A stretch of DNA of 63,893 bases, counting the filler, from Hausera hauseri (Eukaryota), in the NCBI GenBank assembly GCA_046269625.1. It is 12 parts of 12 records of this genome, joined end to end, with 100 filler letters (N's around TTAATTAATTAA, not from the genome) between each part and the next. Parts side by side here need not be neighbours in the genome. Positions count along the whole stretch, not along the records: positions 59,212 to 63,893 come from JBJURY010476909.1; 11 more parts are not named here. The stretch is one strand, 5' to 3'. Each line of letters begins with the position of its first letter. Positions within the stretch are counted from its first letter, which is position 1. Positions 62,601 through 63,893 of the stretch are shown here, piece by piece. The notes beneath the pieces are model-generated. The model worked only from the letters and a program-made list of their open reading frames with translations, did no database searches and had not been told where the DNA came from. The translations under genes were made by a program, and so were the position numbers.

Positions 62601-63441
62601 AAAATTGAATGTAAATTATGAACAAATATTTGTACGAAAAACTGCTACTATATAAATAGAGTGCAGACAGCAGAATTCAGAGTACGACAACGCAAATTTT
62701 GAAGACTTATTACGCTTCATTCGTGAACTGACTTGTGAATTGTTCTTCCTGACAAAAATTGTTGTGTTAACCAGTATAAAAATAAAAGGTTATTTTTAAT
62801 TGTTTGATTGTCAAAATGCCTACATAGTTTTTCATCGTCCCTTAAGGACGATTTGACTACCATAAGAGTAAAATCTTACTTAAATTCTATAGCTAAGTTG
62901 AGAGAATGTAACCTCAGACACGCAGTTTTATCGCACGCAGTACCTGCATCACCGCATAATCTCCGTTTTAAAATTATTAAGGCACAAGCAGATTACTCGA
63001 GATCGACTAATTCTAATCTGCTGAAAAAGGAATTGAAACTATATTGACAATGACTTTCGATGAAACTAGACTGAATGAATAGATTTACACATAATTTGTA
63101 TGAAATGTTATCATATTTAAAATATCCAATTGCGTTTTTTTAACTTCGTTCACAAAAATGATTTTCATATTATTAATCAGCGTTATATCGTTGATAACGT
63201 AATATTTCTTCATGACGTAATACCTTCAATTACCATTTCTGTGACACACATGTTCAGTTCTGTTTATTTAAGGTTGAATGCCACTAAACAAAACACCACT
63301 GTAATAAATATCAACAATACGTCATCATTGAACAATCAGACTGGTACAATGGGAAACAGTACCCGTCTAACAGATTTAGAAACCGATTTTCAGCCGAATG
63401 TGTTGAATACAGTCATCTACATCATTTCATTGGGCATGCAG
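59612..63441 (+). CDS. ATP13A1: P5A-type ATPase, partial; exons 59612-60300, 60342-60635, 61007-61393, 61448-61644, 61772-61911, 63340-63441
   Basis: [94 protein letters not shown]. Confidence 0.95.
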
Positions 63442-63620
63442 GTGACTTTTGTGCAATGTGAAGTATCATCGGTTTGGTTGGTGAACTGGAAATAGTTTCT
63501 GAACATGTCTTACAACAACGAATTTCATCTCATGCAAATTTCTTATTCTGTTTCGTTTCACAGAATATTCGATCGAATTAGACTTCTTATTTTCACAATA
63601 ATGTACTTCATTTACATTCT

Positions 63621-63893
63621 TTCCATCGATTATCACCCTCTTCTAATTCGACTTGAATGCCTCATTTCCATTCCTTCCATCGATTATCACCTTCCTTCTA
63701 ATTCGACTTAAATGCCTCATTTCCATCCCTTCCATCGATTATCACCCTCCTTCTAATTCCACTTCAATGCCTCATTTCCATCCCTTCCATCGATTATCAC
63801 CCTCCTTCTAATTCGACTTGAATGCCTCATTTCCATCCCTTCCATCGATTATCACCTTCCTTCTAATTCGACTTGAATGCCTCATTTCCATCC
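63621..63893. repeat. About 5 x 55-bp pyrimidine-rich tandem repeat
   Basis: TTCCATCGATTATCACC at 63621, 63675, 63730, 63785 and 63840. Confidence 0.93.

Overview
The window is not one locus. It is 12 short contigs joined by artificial 100-nt spacers (44 N + TTAATTAATTAA + 44 N): 1-3998, 4099-8840, 8941-15805, 15906-21163, 21264-26106, 26207-31703, 31804-38542, 38643-43338, 43439-50437, 50538-54591, 54692-59111 and 59212-63893. The DNA is AT-rich and animal-like. Four spliced host genes are recognisable (an eIF2-alpha kinase, sulfite oxidase, NUP133, ATP13A1), many of their introns being only 41-55 nt. Mobile DNA dominates. Maverick/Polinton sequence occurs on five contigs: one intact integrase-capsid-protease-ATPase module with an 18-unit hairpin array, two decayed protein-primed polymerase B (pPolB) genes, and remnants of a second lineage with a different gene order and RING fingers. 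There are also Gypsy LTR retrotransposons, Tc1/mariner, piggyBac, hAT, Chapaev-like and Penelope remnants. The most unusual item is a Gypsy element whose pol is followed by a type-I membrane protein with a fibronectin-III-like domain and then by an apparently catalytically dead DEDDh (REX4/ISG20-like) exonuclease. All family assignments come from motif recognition by eye; no database searches were run.
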